This document shows, piece by piece, positions 51,718 to 60,204 of a DNA stretch of 64,000 nt. Numbering within the stretch: position 1 is the stretch's first letter; every line of letters begins with the position of its first letter. This stretch comes from an uncultured virus (IMG/VR IMGVR_UViG_3300010370_000033) (taxonomy: Duplodnaviria > Heunggongvirae > Uroviricota > Caudoviricetes): the IMG/VR virus record IMGVR_UViG_3300010370_000033. One strand, given 5' to 3'. The notes beneath the pieces were generated by a model. The model had not been told where the DNA came from and did not search any database. It worked only from the letters and a program-made list of their open reading frames with translations. The position numbers and the translations under genes were made by a program.

Positions 51718-52032
51718 TCAATTCAGAAGAATTCCCGACTCAAATTCTTCCTCTTTTCCATCATAAGAAATAAACCATTGATGGTTCTTTTGATAAATGT
51801 ATTCGCCGTTTCCGTGAGCAGAAAGAATAGCGTTAAGTCTCGATTTGGTGGTCGTTGTTCTCCAACCGCCATCATAAAGTTTCAGCCAAGTATCACCAAT
51901 CTCGGCAATTTTGTTGCCATGAAGCCTCACAATGGAAACCTCATTCTCATTATAGACAGAAGTATTAGCCTGCTGCCAATCCTTAGATTGAGTGATGGCT
52001 TGGTTCATCAGGGTTTCAATCTTGCGTGCCAT
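51718..52032 (-). CDS. Conserved phage early protein (start MARKIE)
   Basis: LHGNKIA...GW.T.TTKSRLNA motif. Confidence 0.75.
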   Translation of the reverse strand: MARKIETLMNQAITQSKDWQQANTSVYNENEVSIVRLHGNKIAEIGDTWLKLYDGGWRTTTTKSRLNAILSAHGNGEYIYQKNHQWFISYDGKEEEFESGILLN

Positions 52033-52309
52033 GATGGTTTGGATGACGACTCCCTTAGTATGGGGCCTGGAAGGCACCTATGGGCCAGGCAATGGACAGT
52101 TCGGCAAACTGGCACAAGATCACACACAGGGTCGCAAAATGCCCTATCATTGTCTCAGCGGCACAGGAGGGCCACTTGAAAGCATTCACGACAATTTAAC
52201 GAGACTCCGAAGGTCGTTGACGAAGAGTAAGCCAAATTCACCCTGCCTTGAATATAAAGTATAAACAATAAAAAAGGAATTCACGAGGAATTCCCATTTG
52301 TTTAGAGAA

Positions 52310-52789
52310 TCACTTAAGATTCTCTTTCAATTCTGGAATCAAATAATCACGAACGTATTCCTCTACATTTGCATGCGGTTCAACGCCACCAATTCCACTA
52401 GATTCAATGAGTACAGTATGCTCACCTACGATAGACTTTGCTGGCCCATAAAGAGACAGATTCAGGTATGAGAAACCATACTCAATAATCTCTCTCACCA
52501 TAAATTCAGTCTTACTATCATCATAGACTTTCTTACCTTCACGATAAGGCATCCACCAGAGTTTATTATACCTATCACGACGAAGTATCTTAGCAGAACC
52601 ATCAAATTCTGGTGGCCGTGCATCACTCCACTTTACTTCACCATAGCATTCTACATCGTTAATGTCATAAGCATCATCCGATTCTTCTTTCAGAATCAGA
52701 TAATAACCATTGCCAAGATCATACTTTTTATCAATCTCAATCTCACAAGGATTCACGCAATCAAGATCAAATGGAAGTGTGACGATCAT
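52310..52789 (-). CDS. Early hypothetical acidic protein (start MIVTL)
   Basis: Promoter, shared leader GGGAGTCCACAACGGA, terminator. Confidence 0.65.
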   Translation of the reverse strand: MIVTLPFDLDCVNPCEIEIDKKYDLGNGYYLILKEESDDAYDINDVECYGEVKWSDARPPEFDGSAKILRRDRYNKLWWMPYREGKKVYDDSKTEFMVREIIEYGFSYLNLSLYGPAKSIVGEHTVLIESSGIGGVEPHANVEEYVRDYLIPELKENLK

Positions 52790-52816
52790 TGGAATCAATC
52801 CGTTGTGGACTCCCAT

Positions 52817-52912
52817 AGATTAACGGCAGAATCACCAACCGAACCTATTCAATGTGCCACTGAATGAACTGGCACATTCACGAGAATTTGACTCCAGAGT
52901 ATGCTGTAGAAT
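52817..52912. promoter_or_regulatory. Symmetric divergent promoter: -10 / palindrome / -10
   Basis: TAATCT (minus, 52817-22), 31 nt, GTGCCA-N10-TGGCAC (52854-75), 31 nt, TAGAAT (plus, 52907-12). Confidence 0.75.
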
Positions 52913-52917
52913 TCACG

Positions 52918-52997
52918 AAATCAAACGAGAGGCGGAAACCTCAACGACAACAAATAAGAAACTTCACCTGCGGAATTTATTTACTATAAAGAATAAA
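52918..52997 (+). ncRNA. Candidate small RNA, 'hairpin-CCUGCC' family
   Basis: Near-identical to 50818-50897. Confidence 0.5.
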
Positions 52998-53058
52998 CAA
53001 TAAGAAAGAATGGAATTCAATTCACTAACTGAATTCCATTCTGAATTGTATTCACGAA

Positions 53059-53256
53059 TTAAACTGGATCTGCCTCCCAAATGTCATAAGTTGCATTGGG
53101 AAACTTACGCTCTAATTGTTCAATCTTATTCTCCGCAAGTTCCCAGGATTTATGACGAGAAACTAACCATTCTTCTTTGTTTTCTTCACTCAATTCAATT
53201 CCTTCTGCATTCAATTCACTAATTGAATCAATGTCAACCACGAGAAAGTTAAACAT
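53059..53256 (-). CDS. Small acidic early protein (start MFNFL)
   Basis: Follows pseudoknot copy 2; terminator downstream. Confidence 0.55.
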   Translation of the reverse strand: MFNFLVVDIDSISELNAEGIELSEENKEEWLVSRHKSWELAENKIEQLERKFPNATYDIWEADPV

Positions 53257-53288
53257 TGGAATTTGCCTCAAGAATAAAGAATTGAATT

Positions 53289-53318
53289 TGAGTCAGTTTA
53301 ATGACTTGACTCAGGTCA
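53289..53318 (-). ncRNA. Intercistronic H-type pseudoknot motif, copy 2
   Basis: UGAC-CU-GAGUC-AA-GUCA-UUAAACU-GACUC. Confidence 0.6.
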
Positions 53319-53323
53319 ATTCA

Positions 53324-53527
53324 TCACAGAATAATAAAATCAATCAAGTTCTGAATGAGTTTGTATTCTTTATCATTCACAAAACACCAGCCATTCATTC
53401 TACAAATATACTCGGCACAATCGTTCACATTTGCACCTTGCTGAATCATAATGCAAAGTTGAGGAAAATGCCTCACGATCTTATACTGATAATCAGCAAG
53501 ATCGGTCGCTTGATTCTCAGTGAGCAT
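53324..53527 (-). CDS. Small early protein (start MLTEN)
   Basis: Downstream of CATACT box at 53552-57. Confidence 0.55.
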   Translation of the reverse strand: MLTENQATDLADYQYKIVRHFPQLCIMIQQGANVNDCAEYICRMNGWCFVNDKEYKLIQNLIDFIIL

Positions 53528-53807
53528 TGCGTTTGCCTCATGAACAGACACAGTATGAATCACGAAACGCCCCAGCACCAGCGATCTTGTGCCACTGAAT
53601 GAACTGGCACATTCACTCACTCATTCGCCCCAAATACACTAGAATACTCTCAGTTCACAAGAAAACCTTATGATTGTATTTCTCAAAATCTAATTCAGAG
53701 GCGGAAACCTCATTCACGAAAAATAAGGTACTTCACCTGCCAAATTTATTTACTATAAACAATACAAAAAAGGGAATTCAATAAAGAATTCCCTAAAGAG
53801 ATTGAAT

Positions 53808-54041
53808 TCACCAATTTAGAAATTCATTTGCATTCTCTTCTGCAAGTTCTTCTGTATCAAAAGGACCAAACCATTCACTATCAGGAATGCATTCAGGAGA
53901 ACATACACACCAATAAAAGCCAGGAGTGTATTCTGTATCACCATAATTCTCATTTAATTCTTCTGATTCATTATACTCATCACACTCAAATTGATTCATA
54001 TAATCAATCCAAACCGGAGTGGATCCAATGAGAGTTTGCAT
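53808..54041 (-). CDS. Small acidic early protein
   Basis: GFYWCVCSPECIPDSEWFGPFDTEELA. Confidence 0.65.
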   Translation of the reverse strand: MQTLIGSTPVWIDYMNQFECDEYNESEELNENYGDTEYTPGFYWCVCSPECIPDSEWFGPFDTEELAEENANEFLNW

Positions 54042-54153
54042 TGTTCAGAAAGTGATGAACAGATACAGTATGGGGCACATAAGATCCTTCTGGGGCACAT
54101 AGGGGACACTTGAAGAACTGGAACACTTTCATTCGCCCCATATGGTTTTGATG

Positions 54154-54348
54154 CTACTCATCTTTATTCACGATTTTGTCTAATGTTTCAATCAATGAGT
54201 TCTGAATCTTATGTAAATAAGAATCACCTTTTAATTCACAGATTGTTTCATAATAATCTAAAAGTTCTTCAACGTGTTTAATTTGATTACTTGGAATTCT
54301 TATCTTATCGGTTTTACCTAAATGAGAATACTTTGATGAAAATGGCAT
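54154..54348 (-). CDS. Small protein, possible ribbon-helix-helix DNA binder
   Basis: GKTDKIRIP followed by two helices; TATAAATA at 54374-81; flanked by TTCATTCGCCCCA repeats. Confidence 0.45.
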   Translation of the reverse strand: MPFSSKYSHLGKTDKIRIPSNQIKHVEELLDYYETICELKGDSYLHKIQNSLIETLDKIVNKDE

Positions 54349-54540
54349 AATTCATTCGCCCCATATAACGATTTATTTATACGCCCCAGATACAATTCAT
54401 TTGCCCCAGATAGAATCTTATTTACTAAATCATCTGGACCACATAAAACTTAATTCATTAAAACAAACTTCATTCAATCTTGTTTCTTATTGTATTCTTG
54501 AATCTCTTGTTTCTTGAGTTCTACTGTTCCTTAACTACCG

Positions 54541-54580
54541 AGACTCTAAGGTACTCTAAGTGTCTCTAAGGTAACTTAAA
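54541..54580. repeat. Degenerate tandem 10-mer (nnnCTCTAAG) x3-4
   Basis: agactctaag gtactctaag tgtctctaag gtaacttaaa. Confidence 0.75.
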
Positions 54581-54608
54581 CTAACCTGTATCATCGCTGA
54601 CAAGGCTA

Positions 54609-54637
54609 ATTCTACAGCAAATCAAATACACTGTCAA
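54609..54637 (-). promoter_or_regulatory. Near-consensus sigma70 promoter with no adjacent ORF
   Basis: TTGACA-17-TAGAAT. Confidence 0.8.
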
Positions 54638-55237
54638 GTCCTTGAGATATTATGTTTACATTTCGTAACAATTAGATTCACGAAAAGAATTGACTAAGAG
54701 TTCTTATGATTCACTGATGAACCATTAGATTCTTATTCACGAGAACTCCAATTCTTATACAAAATTCAAAGTCCACTCAGATTGACCTAGAAGGCCATCG
54801 TTTTCTCAAAAACATTTACGACATCATATGAGGCCCTAGAGTGCCCTTCTGAGGCTTTCTAGCAGCCTCCTACGATGCTTTAGACTCAAGGATTCAATGC
54901 ACCGTGAAAATAAGACTCAAAAATACCCTAAAGTAGGAACTTTAATGTATCTCTTAAGAATCTTAAAAATGATCGCTTTAATTCACTCAAAATCAGTTTC
55001 ATCAGAATCCACCAGACCCATTAAATCTCACGTTGCGTCTCGCTGAGATCCCTTGGTATGACTGGGCTCAAAAACGCAAAAAATCGTGATTTTCACGAAA
55101 ACGTACTAGACATCGTTCACTACAAATAGAATCAACGATTTTTTGGAAATTGATTTTCCCAACAAAAAAGGGGCTCCGAAGAGCCCCTAGAATGTCAATG
55201 TATCTTCAGGTAGTCTTATTCAGGACTTTAATTCACA

Positions 55238-55471
55238 TCAATTCACCTGAAGAATCAGTTCAGAACGACGAGCACGATTTACAAATGCGCCTACACTTTC
55301 TTCTTCTTCAATGGTATCAGACAGTTCGGTTTCCCAGGCTTCAATATCATTGACGTGATAGGTATAGATCTTATCAGGATTGGTGTGATAGACAATATCT
55401 ACTTGAGAGTCATCATTCACTTCAGAAATAGAAAGAATGGAGCTGGACTTGAATGCAGTTACAGTAGCCAT
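55238..55471 (-). CDS. KTSC-like domain protein
   Basis: SSSILSI...IVY...IYTY.V...SVGAFVN pattern. Confidence 0.55.
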   Translation of the reverse strand: MATVTAFKSSSILSISEVNDDSQVDIVYHTNPDKIYTYHVNDIEAWETELSDTIEEEESVGAFVNRARRSELILQVN

Positions 55472-55572
55472 AATAAGAAATTAACGGAATTAAAGGACTA
55501 AGAGAGGCTCTTGTGCCTCATGAGATTAGAATACCAAAGTTCTTGTATAAATACAAGGGTGTTTGTGCCAGT

Positions 55573-55746
55573 TCACCATCTGTCCATTCGGGACAGGTCT
55601 TCAATATAGGCATTTACTTTCTCTGCTGGCTCTAGATCAAATAGCTGTCGCCAGTTGATCTGATGAGGATTAAAGTCAGGAAATGCTGTGATTTCTAGGG
55701 TGATTCTATACCTTTCCTTAGTGGCGGACTGATAAGAAACTGACAT
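55573..55746 (-). CDS. Small hypothetical protein (57 aa; not in ORF track)
   Basis: MSVSYQSATKERYRITLEI..FPDFNPHQINWRQLFDLEPAEKVNAYIEDLS; TTGACA-17-TAAGAT at 55774-55802. Confidence 0.7.
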   Translation of the reverse strand: MSVSYQSATKERYRITLEITAFPDFNPHQINWRQLFDLEPAEKVNAYIEDLSRMDRW

Positions 55747-55884
55747 TTTGAGTTCTGGGGTGAAACTTTGTGTATCTTAGGCGATCTTAGGGGATTTGTC
55801 AAGGGGTGTCGGGAGTTATATTTTGGGTCTGGTGGGGTTTTTATGTGGGGCGCGTGTTATTTTGAGTTCTTAAGTGTTGGCAAT

Positions 55885-56068
55885 CTAAGATCACAATAAG
55901 AATTGGCATTTACTAGCATTTACTAGCATTTACTAGCATTTACTAAGGTTTGCTCAATAAGATCTGACATTTTCCCAATAAGATCACCATAAGAAATAGC
56001 TTTTACTAAGGTTTCCTCAATAAGAACTAAGATTTCTCAATAATATCAACTTTTTCTCAATAAGATAC
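55885..56068. repeat. Iteron-like array: GCATTTACTA x4 plus about six CAATAAGA units
   Basis: Tandem at 55906-55945; CAATAA(G/T)A at 55894, 55956, 55976, 56018, 56038, 56058. Confidence 0.85.
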
Positions 56069-56153
56069 TTCTTTCATTCCGATTTATCCTTATAAACGAC
56101 TACTTTTTGTTCTACCTTTCCTACATAAAAATAGAGAAAGTAAAACTCCTACT

Positions 56154-56651
56154 ATGATAGATGCACCACATAAAGAGGTTTGGAGAATCAAAGGATTTGA
56201 AACCTTTACAAATTACTTTATTGATGTAAATGGTAATGTATATTCTACCAAGTATAAGAACCTTCGCAAACTTAGACCATATTGGGCTAACAACAAAGAG
56301 AACCCATATTGGAGAGTTACTCTATGCGATAAAAATGGTAATCTAAGAAAGTTTTATATTCATCAACTGATGCGTGCTGCATTCATTCCAGAAGAAATGC
56401 AGGGACGTTATGTATTTGCTGGAAATAAGAATCGTAAAGATAATTCACTTCGCAATCTCACTCAAGAATATGAACTCAATGAAGATGTTCGCAATGAGAT
56501 TAAGTTAATACATCAGGCTTGTATTGAGAAAGGATTGAATGTTTCTGATTACTCTGGTTTTGTGAATGAAGTGATGAGTGAGATGTTAGAAGAATATGTA
56601 AATCGTAAAGGATTGAAGAAGATATTGTATAGACTGAAGAATGAGCAATAA
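56154..56651 (+). CDS. NUMOD4/HNH-derived protein with degenerate active site and helical C-terminal domain
   Basis: NYFIDVNGNVYS, YWRVTL, FYIHQLMRAAFI, N..DNSLRNL; the usual DH is absent. Confidence 0.6.
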   Translation: MIDAPHKEVWRIKGFETFTNYFIDVNGNVYSTKYKNLRKLRPYWANNKENPYWRVTLCDKNGNLRKFYIHQLMRAAFIPEEMQGRYVFAGNKNRKDNSLRNLTQEYELNEDVRNEIKLIHQACIEKGLNVSDYSGFVNEVMSEMLEEYVNRKGLKKILYRLKNEQ

Positions 56652-56684
56652 AAAAGAGAGCATGTTTTAGTCGCTCTCTTTTTT
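56650..56684. terminator. Bidirectional intrinsic terminator between convergent genes
   Basis: A-run-GAGAGC...GCTCTC-T-run. Confidence 0.8.
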
Positions 56685-57141
56685 ATTGCATTTTTGATTT
56701 GAAGTATGAGATAATCAGATTTTCATCAATATTAGGATTCTTTCTCCCTGAGTTGTTGAGTATTGTTGTATGCCAGGGACTATTGTCTTCTGTTGCTAAT
56801 CTTGAAAGTTGGGTATCAGAATAAGAACCATAGATTTCTTGAATTCTCAATAGAAGTGGAATTCTAGGATCTTGTTCTGAAATTGTAGGAGGTGATCTTA
56901 GAAGTTCTGAAAGTGGGAATTTGATTGAACTGCTTCCATATTCTTTAGCAGCATTGTAGATAGTAGGAAATATTGGTCCCCAAGGAAATGCCGATACAAA
57001 CTCATCAGTGAGTGGTTGATTGTATAAGGCAAGGCACCAACAATGAGAAAAATAAGTGAGTCTCTGAAGTTTGATGACTGTTGAATTTGGATTTTTAGCA
57101 AGAAACCAATTTGCAACTGCTAAAGATGAGAGATATTTCAT
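56683..57141 (-). CDS. Panacea (DUF4065/SocA-like) antitoxin-domain protein
   Basis: VANWFL, KLQRLTYF, L....AFPWGP...IY, YG.YS..QLS......PW. Confidence 0.8.
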   Translation of the reverse strand: MKYLSSLAVANWFLAKNPNSTVIKLQRLTYFSHCWCLALYNQPLTDEFVSAFPWGPIFPTIYNAAKEYGSSSIKFPLSELLRSPPTISEQDPRIPLLLRIQEIYGSYSDTQLSRLATEDNSPWHTTILNNSGRKNPNIDENLIISYFKSKMQ

Positions 57142-57438
57142 TTAATTTTCAAACTCTTTTTTCAATCGTTCGTATTCAATTCTTCGCGCTTCTTTTTGTT
57201 GATTTTCTCGTTCAATTCGGACAGCATATTCTTTATCATTTTCCTTGCGATACTTAATTGCTCTAAGAACTATTGTAGCATCATCGCAGTAGGGTTCATA
57301 TTCTTTCTGCAATTCAACTTTTGAATATCCTTGAGAACGAAGATGCTTGAGTTTATGAATCAAGTCCTCAATAGGTTCAGTACACCAAATTCCACGAAGA
57401 ACTGATGTGTATTCGGTTACTTGTTTGCGATCAGTCAT
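57142..57438 (-). CDS. Hypothetical protein
   Basis: 98 aa; R.E.D.EY..R...EYERLKKEF. Confidence 0.6.
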   Translation of the reverse strand: MTDRKQVTEYTSVLRGIWCTEPIEDLIHKLKHLRSQGYSKVELQKEYEPYCDDATIVLRAIKYRKENDKEYAVRIERENQQKEARRIEYERLKKEFEN

Positions 57439-57608
57439 TTCAAAAGAGAATCAATTTTGCGAATAACTTGAGCCGTAAAGGTAAAGGGCCAAAAAAGACC
57501 TGCGAACATTCCTATAAACCAATCGTCCCAAGTATTATGTTCAACCATTGTAATTCCAGAAGAAACTGAAAGAAACAAATAAGCGGCAATGAGATAAGTC
57601 ATTGAAAT

Positions 57609-57812
57609 TCAGAAGTCAGTTTGAAAATAAGATGAATTGTATGTTTCATCCCGATCAGAAGGAAGATTCAATCGCTTTTGAAGATGATTGATTCCTGAGA
57701 CCTTATAGTCTTCTTCTTTGAGATCGGAAAGTAAATTAGTAATTTGTTTCTTTTCGTTTTGTGTCTTTGGTGTGCGAAAATAAGAATTGTGTTTGCGATA
57801 GGTGCGAGACAT
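57609..57812 (-). CDS. Small basic hypothetical protein
   Basis: MSRTYRK....RTPKTQNE. Confidence 0.6.
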   Translation of the reverse strand: MSRTYRKHNSYFRTPKTQNEKKQITNLLSDLKEEDYKVSGINHLQKRLNLPSDRDETYNSSYFQTDF

Positions 57813-58216
57813 CAGGTGTAATTATCAAGAAAATAATCTCGAAGAATTTCCATAGATTCAGAATCCAATTCATCAAGAAGAGATTGAATCTTATTCATTT
57901 TATTCTCTTGTTCTTTCTTTCGTTTTTCTTTTTCAACTTTTGTATAATACTCACAAGTGTATTGTCCACCATAATCATCTCCGTGAGGATAATGATTACG
58001 AAGAAAACTATTTTCTGAAAGTCCTACAACTTCTTCATACGCTTGAATATCAACGTGAGATTCAGCCTCAGAAGTGTTCCGAATGAAACTACTCACAATA
58101 TCGGAATAGTTTCCATAAACAACACGTTCAGCATCATTATAATTTTTTGCTACAACTGGAATCTCAATGGTTGTGGTAACGAGAAAGAGTGAAAGCTCGT
58201 CGGAATAAGAAGACAT
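57812..58216 (-). CDS. Hypothetical protein
   Basis: 134 aa, operonic overlap. Confidence 0.55.
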   Translation of the reverse strand: MSSYSDELSLFLVTTTIEIPVVAKNYNDAERVVYGNYSDIVSSFIRNTSEAESHVDIQAYEEVVGLSENSFLRNHYPHGDDYGGQYTCEYYTKVEKEKRKKEQENKMNKIQSLLDELDSESMEILRDYFLDNYT

Positions 58217-58241
58217 TAGAATTCAGAAGTCAGTGTGAGTG

Positions 58242-58604
58242 TCACAGTTGAGATTCAATCAGATCTGCGATTTCATCAAATGAAAGATTCTCAAAATCAT
58301 TCAAATCGGAGATTTGTTTCTTTCTATATCCAGTATCAATAGTGGGATTAAGCTCCTTAAGATCCGCCCATTCAATGACTTCTTGAGTCAGAACTTCACC
58401 AGCATCTCCGTTTTTAGAAGGAATAAAATAATCAAACTGTCCGTTACCATCAATCCATTCTTGATTAGTCTCTTTCAGATAAAGATCACAAAGAACTCCA
58501 AGACAACAGAAATGATTGCAGTCGTCACGAAGTTGATAACGTCCTTGAGAATACTCTCCATTGCGAAGAGCATTTAACCACTTTTGCTTGATTTCGGATT
58601 TCAT
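58242..58604 (-). CDS. Phage protein with W..ALR.GEY.Q / FCCLGVL motif (paralog of 61250-61648)
   Basis: Clear internal paralogy. Confidence 0.75.
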   Translation of the reverse strand: MKSEIKQKWLNALRNGEYSQGRYQLRDDCNHFCCLGVLCDLYLKETNQEWIDGNGQFDYFIPSKNGDAGEVLTQEVIEWADLKELNPTIDTGYRKKQISDLNDFENLSFDEIADLIESQL

Positions 58605-58630
58605 TTGAAGTTCTGGGGATGAACAAGAGT

Positions 58631-58689
58631 AGAATAACCGGGCTCTTGGAGGAATTCAAGAGCCCGTGTGACAGTGATTAGAGTGTCAC
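58631..58689 (-). promoter_or_regulatory. Early promoter cassette: palindrome + TTGAAT-17-TATTCT within a stem-loop
   Basis: GTGACA-N10-TGTCAC at 58668-89; CGGGCTCTTG/CAAGAGCCCG stem; near-identical copy at about 62016-62073. Confidence 0.75.
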
Positions 58690-58968
58690 ATCAAAAGAGT
58701 ACACTTGTCCGCGAGAGCGAATCTGAAAAATGGAGTTTACATTAAATGAACGCCAGGCCCCCCAACCACGCTCTTTTGCAATAGAGAAATCGCGAACGCG
58801 AATGAGATTTGGATTGTCTGTATTGGGACCGAAACCTTTCAGTTCTTTACGATCTTTTGGATTAAAGACAATCGTACGCTTCTCTCCATTCTTTTTGATG
58901 AATTTTACAGAAACAATGGTGCTTCCTTCTTCTTGAAGAAAGTTGCGAATCAGAGTTGCTTTGCTCAT
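58678..58968 (-). CDS. SH3/WYL-like beta-barrel protein (DUF2693-like; start MSKAT)
   Basis: VKFIKKNGEKR...D......WRSF. Confidence 0.6.
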   Translation of the reverse strand: MSKATLIRNFLQEEGSTIVSVKFIKKNGEKRTIVFNPKDRKELKGFGPNTDNPNLIRVRDFSIAKERGWGAWRSFNVNSIFQIRSRGQVYSFDVTL

Positions 58969-59048
58969 TGGAGTTCTGTGGTGAACAATGTAAGTATGGC
59001 AGGGCATTAGAGGAGTTTCAAGTGCCCGTGTGACAGTTTCAGATCTGT

Positions 59049-59411
59049 CTACTGCTTGCGAAAAACGAAAGAATTGGTTTTCGAAGAATAGACAGATCGT
59101 TGCGTTCTTGTATATGCCATCAGAGCAACAAGCAGTTCATTTGCTTGTTGAATATCTTCCAGACTATCAGTTTCACCTTCAGGAAGTGGTTCGGATTTGC
59201 GAGCATTCTCAATATCTTTCAGCCAACGACTTCCGTGCTCAGCAGTCTGTTTCACTTGCTGATTGGTCAGACTAACAGTAAGATTCGTCAGAAACTCAGA
59301 GAGAACCTCAGGATTCTCGGAGAGACGTTGAATCATCTCCTTACGAGAAATGCTACTAACTGTTCCAAATGGTGTAGGATCTTCCAACCATTTGGGAGAT
59401 GTGGTGTTCAT
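59049..59411 (-). CDS. Hypothetical early protein (start MNTTS)
   Basis: Downstream of a palindrome promoter cassette. Confidence 0.55.
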   Translation of the reverse strand: MNTTSPKWLEDPTPFGTVSSISRKEMIQRLSENPEVLSEFLTNLTVSLTNQQVKQTAEHGSRWLKDIENARKSEPLPEGETDSLEDIQQANELLVALMAYTRTQRSVYSSKTNSFVFRKQ

Positions 59412-59482
59412 CTGAAGTGAGTTGCGAACAAGATGAGAATAACAGAGCACCAGAGGAGTTTCTAGTGCCCTTGTGCCAGTTG

Positions 59483-59746
59483 TCAGGGTGTCACAAGACG
59501 CTTTTTAGCATCACGAACTTCATCATCAATACAAGTTCCAATTTGTTCGTAAATCCAGTCATTCTCTTCAATTTCATTGAGAACTTCTTCTACAATTTCA
59601 TCAGAAAGTGAAATTGGATCAAAGTTTTCATCAAGTTCAATGACATCCTCTTTTGTGAAGATGAATGCTGCTACTGGAGAATTTTCTCCTTGTTGCTGAA
59701 TCAGACGCTCAACGGATTCCTTAAGCTGTTGAAGTGTGCGAGCCAT
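59483..59746 (-). CDS. Hypothetical acidic protein
   Basis: 87 aa ORF in minus-strand operon. Confidence 0.6.
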   Translation of the reverse strand: MARTLQQLKESVERLIQQQGENSPVAAFIFTKEDVIELDENFDPISLSDEIVEEVLNEIEENDWIYEQIGTCIDDEVRDAKKRLVTP

Positions 59747-59752
59747 TTGATT

Positions 59753-59932
59753 TTAGAAGCGAATGATGGGATGATTGTTGTCAAGAACTTGACAATCTTC
59801 AGTCGCGAAGACAAGTTCTATGCTAGCTTGATGAAACTCATCATTTTCATAAGAATCCCAGACACAAACATCTTGATTCAGTTGTTCTTCATTCAGTTTT
59901 TGAAGTTGTTGCAGAAGTTCTTTGTAAGTCAT
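59753..59932 (-). CDS. Small protein (start MTYKELL)
   Basis: Shared leader TTGTTCACCAC(A/C)GAACTCCA-ATG. Confidence 0.65.
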   Translation of the reverse strand: MTYKELLQQLQKLNEEQLNQDVCVWDSYENDEFHQASIELVFATEDCQVLDNNHPIIRF

Positions 59933-60000
59933 TGGAGTTCGGTGGTGAACAATGTAAGAATAGCGTGGATTTATGAACCTGTATGTGCTCTTGTGCCAGT

Positions 60001-60204
60001 TCAGACTTTGGCACAATGCTTGTGAAGATAACTCATCAGAATTGGAACTTTTGAGTTATCATAAAAACAATCGCATTCTTCTGGAATTGAAATATCTGGA
60101 TGATTCTTCGTTAGATAATTCATCATAAATTGACCGTAACGTTGATTTCCCCTATGATGAAGAAACTCAGAGTTAATGAAGTGCATTAAATCATCAAAGT
60201 TCAT
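60001..60204 (-). CDS. Small phage protein (QRYGQ...N.L...DCFY motif)
   Basis: 67 aa, operonic overlap. Confidence 0.6.
   Translation of the reverse strand: MNFDDLMHFINSEFLHHRGNQRYGQFMMNYLTKNHPDISIPEECDCFYDNSKVPILMSYLHKHCAKV

Noticed and set aside
48297..52264. Many plus-strand and overlapping ORFs in the GC-rich patch (e.g. 48844-49455)
   Set aside because: Shadow ORFs caused by high GC; promoters, leaders and terminators all support the minus-strand set
54650..54670. Host NtcA, RpaB or Pho boxes (GTTACGAAAT-like words, also near 49051 and 50130)
   Set aside because: Only partial matches, too degenerate to support
48100..56100. CRISPR or guide-RNA array
   Set aside because: Repeats are either short tandems without unique spacers or dispersed units separated by whole genes; no cas-like or Nop-domain gene is visible
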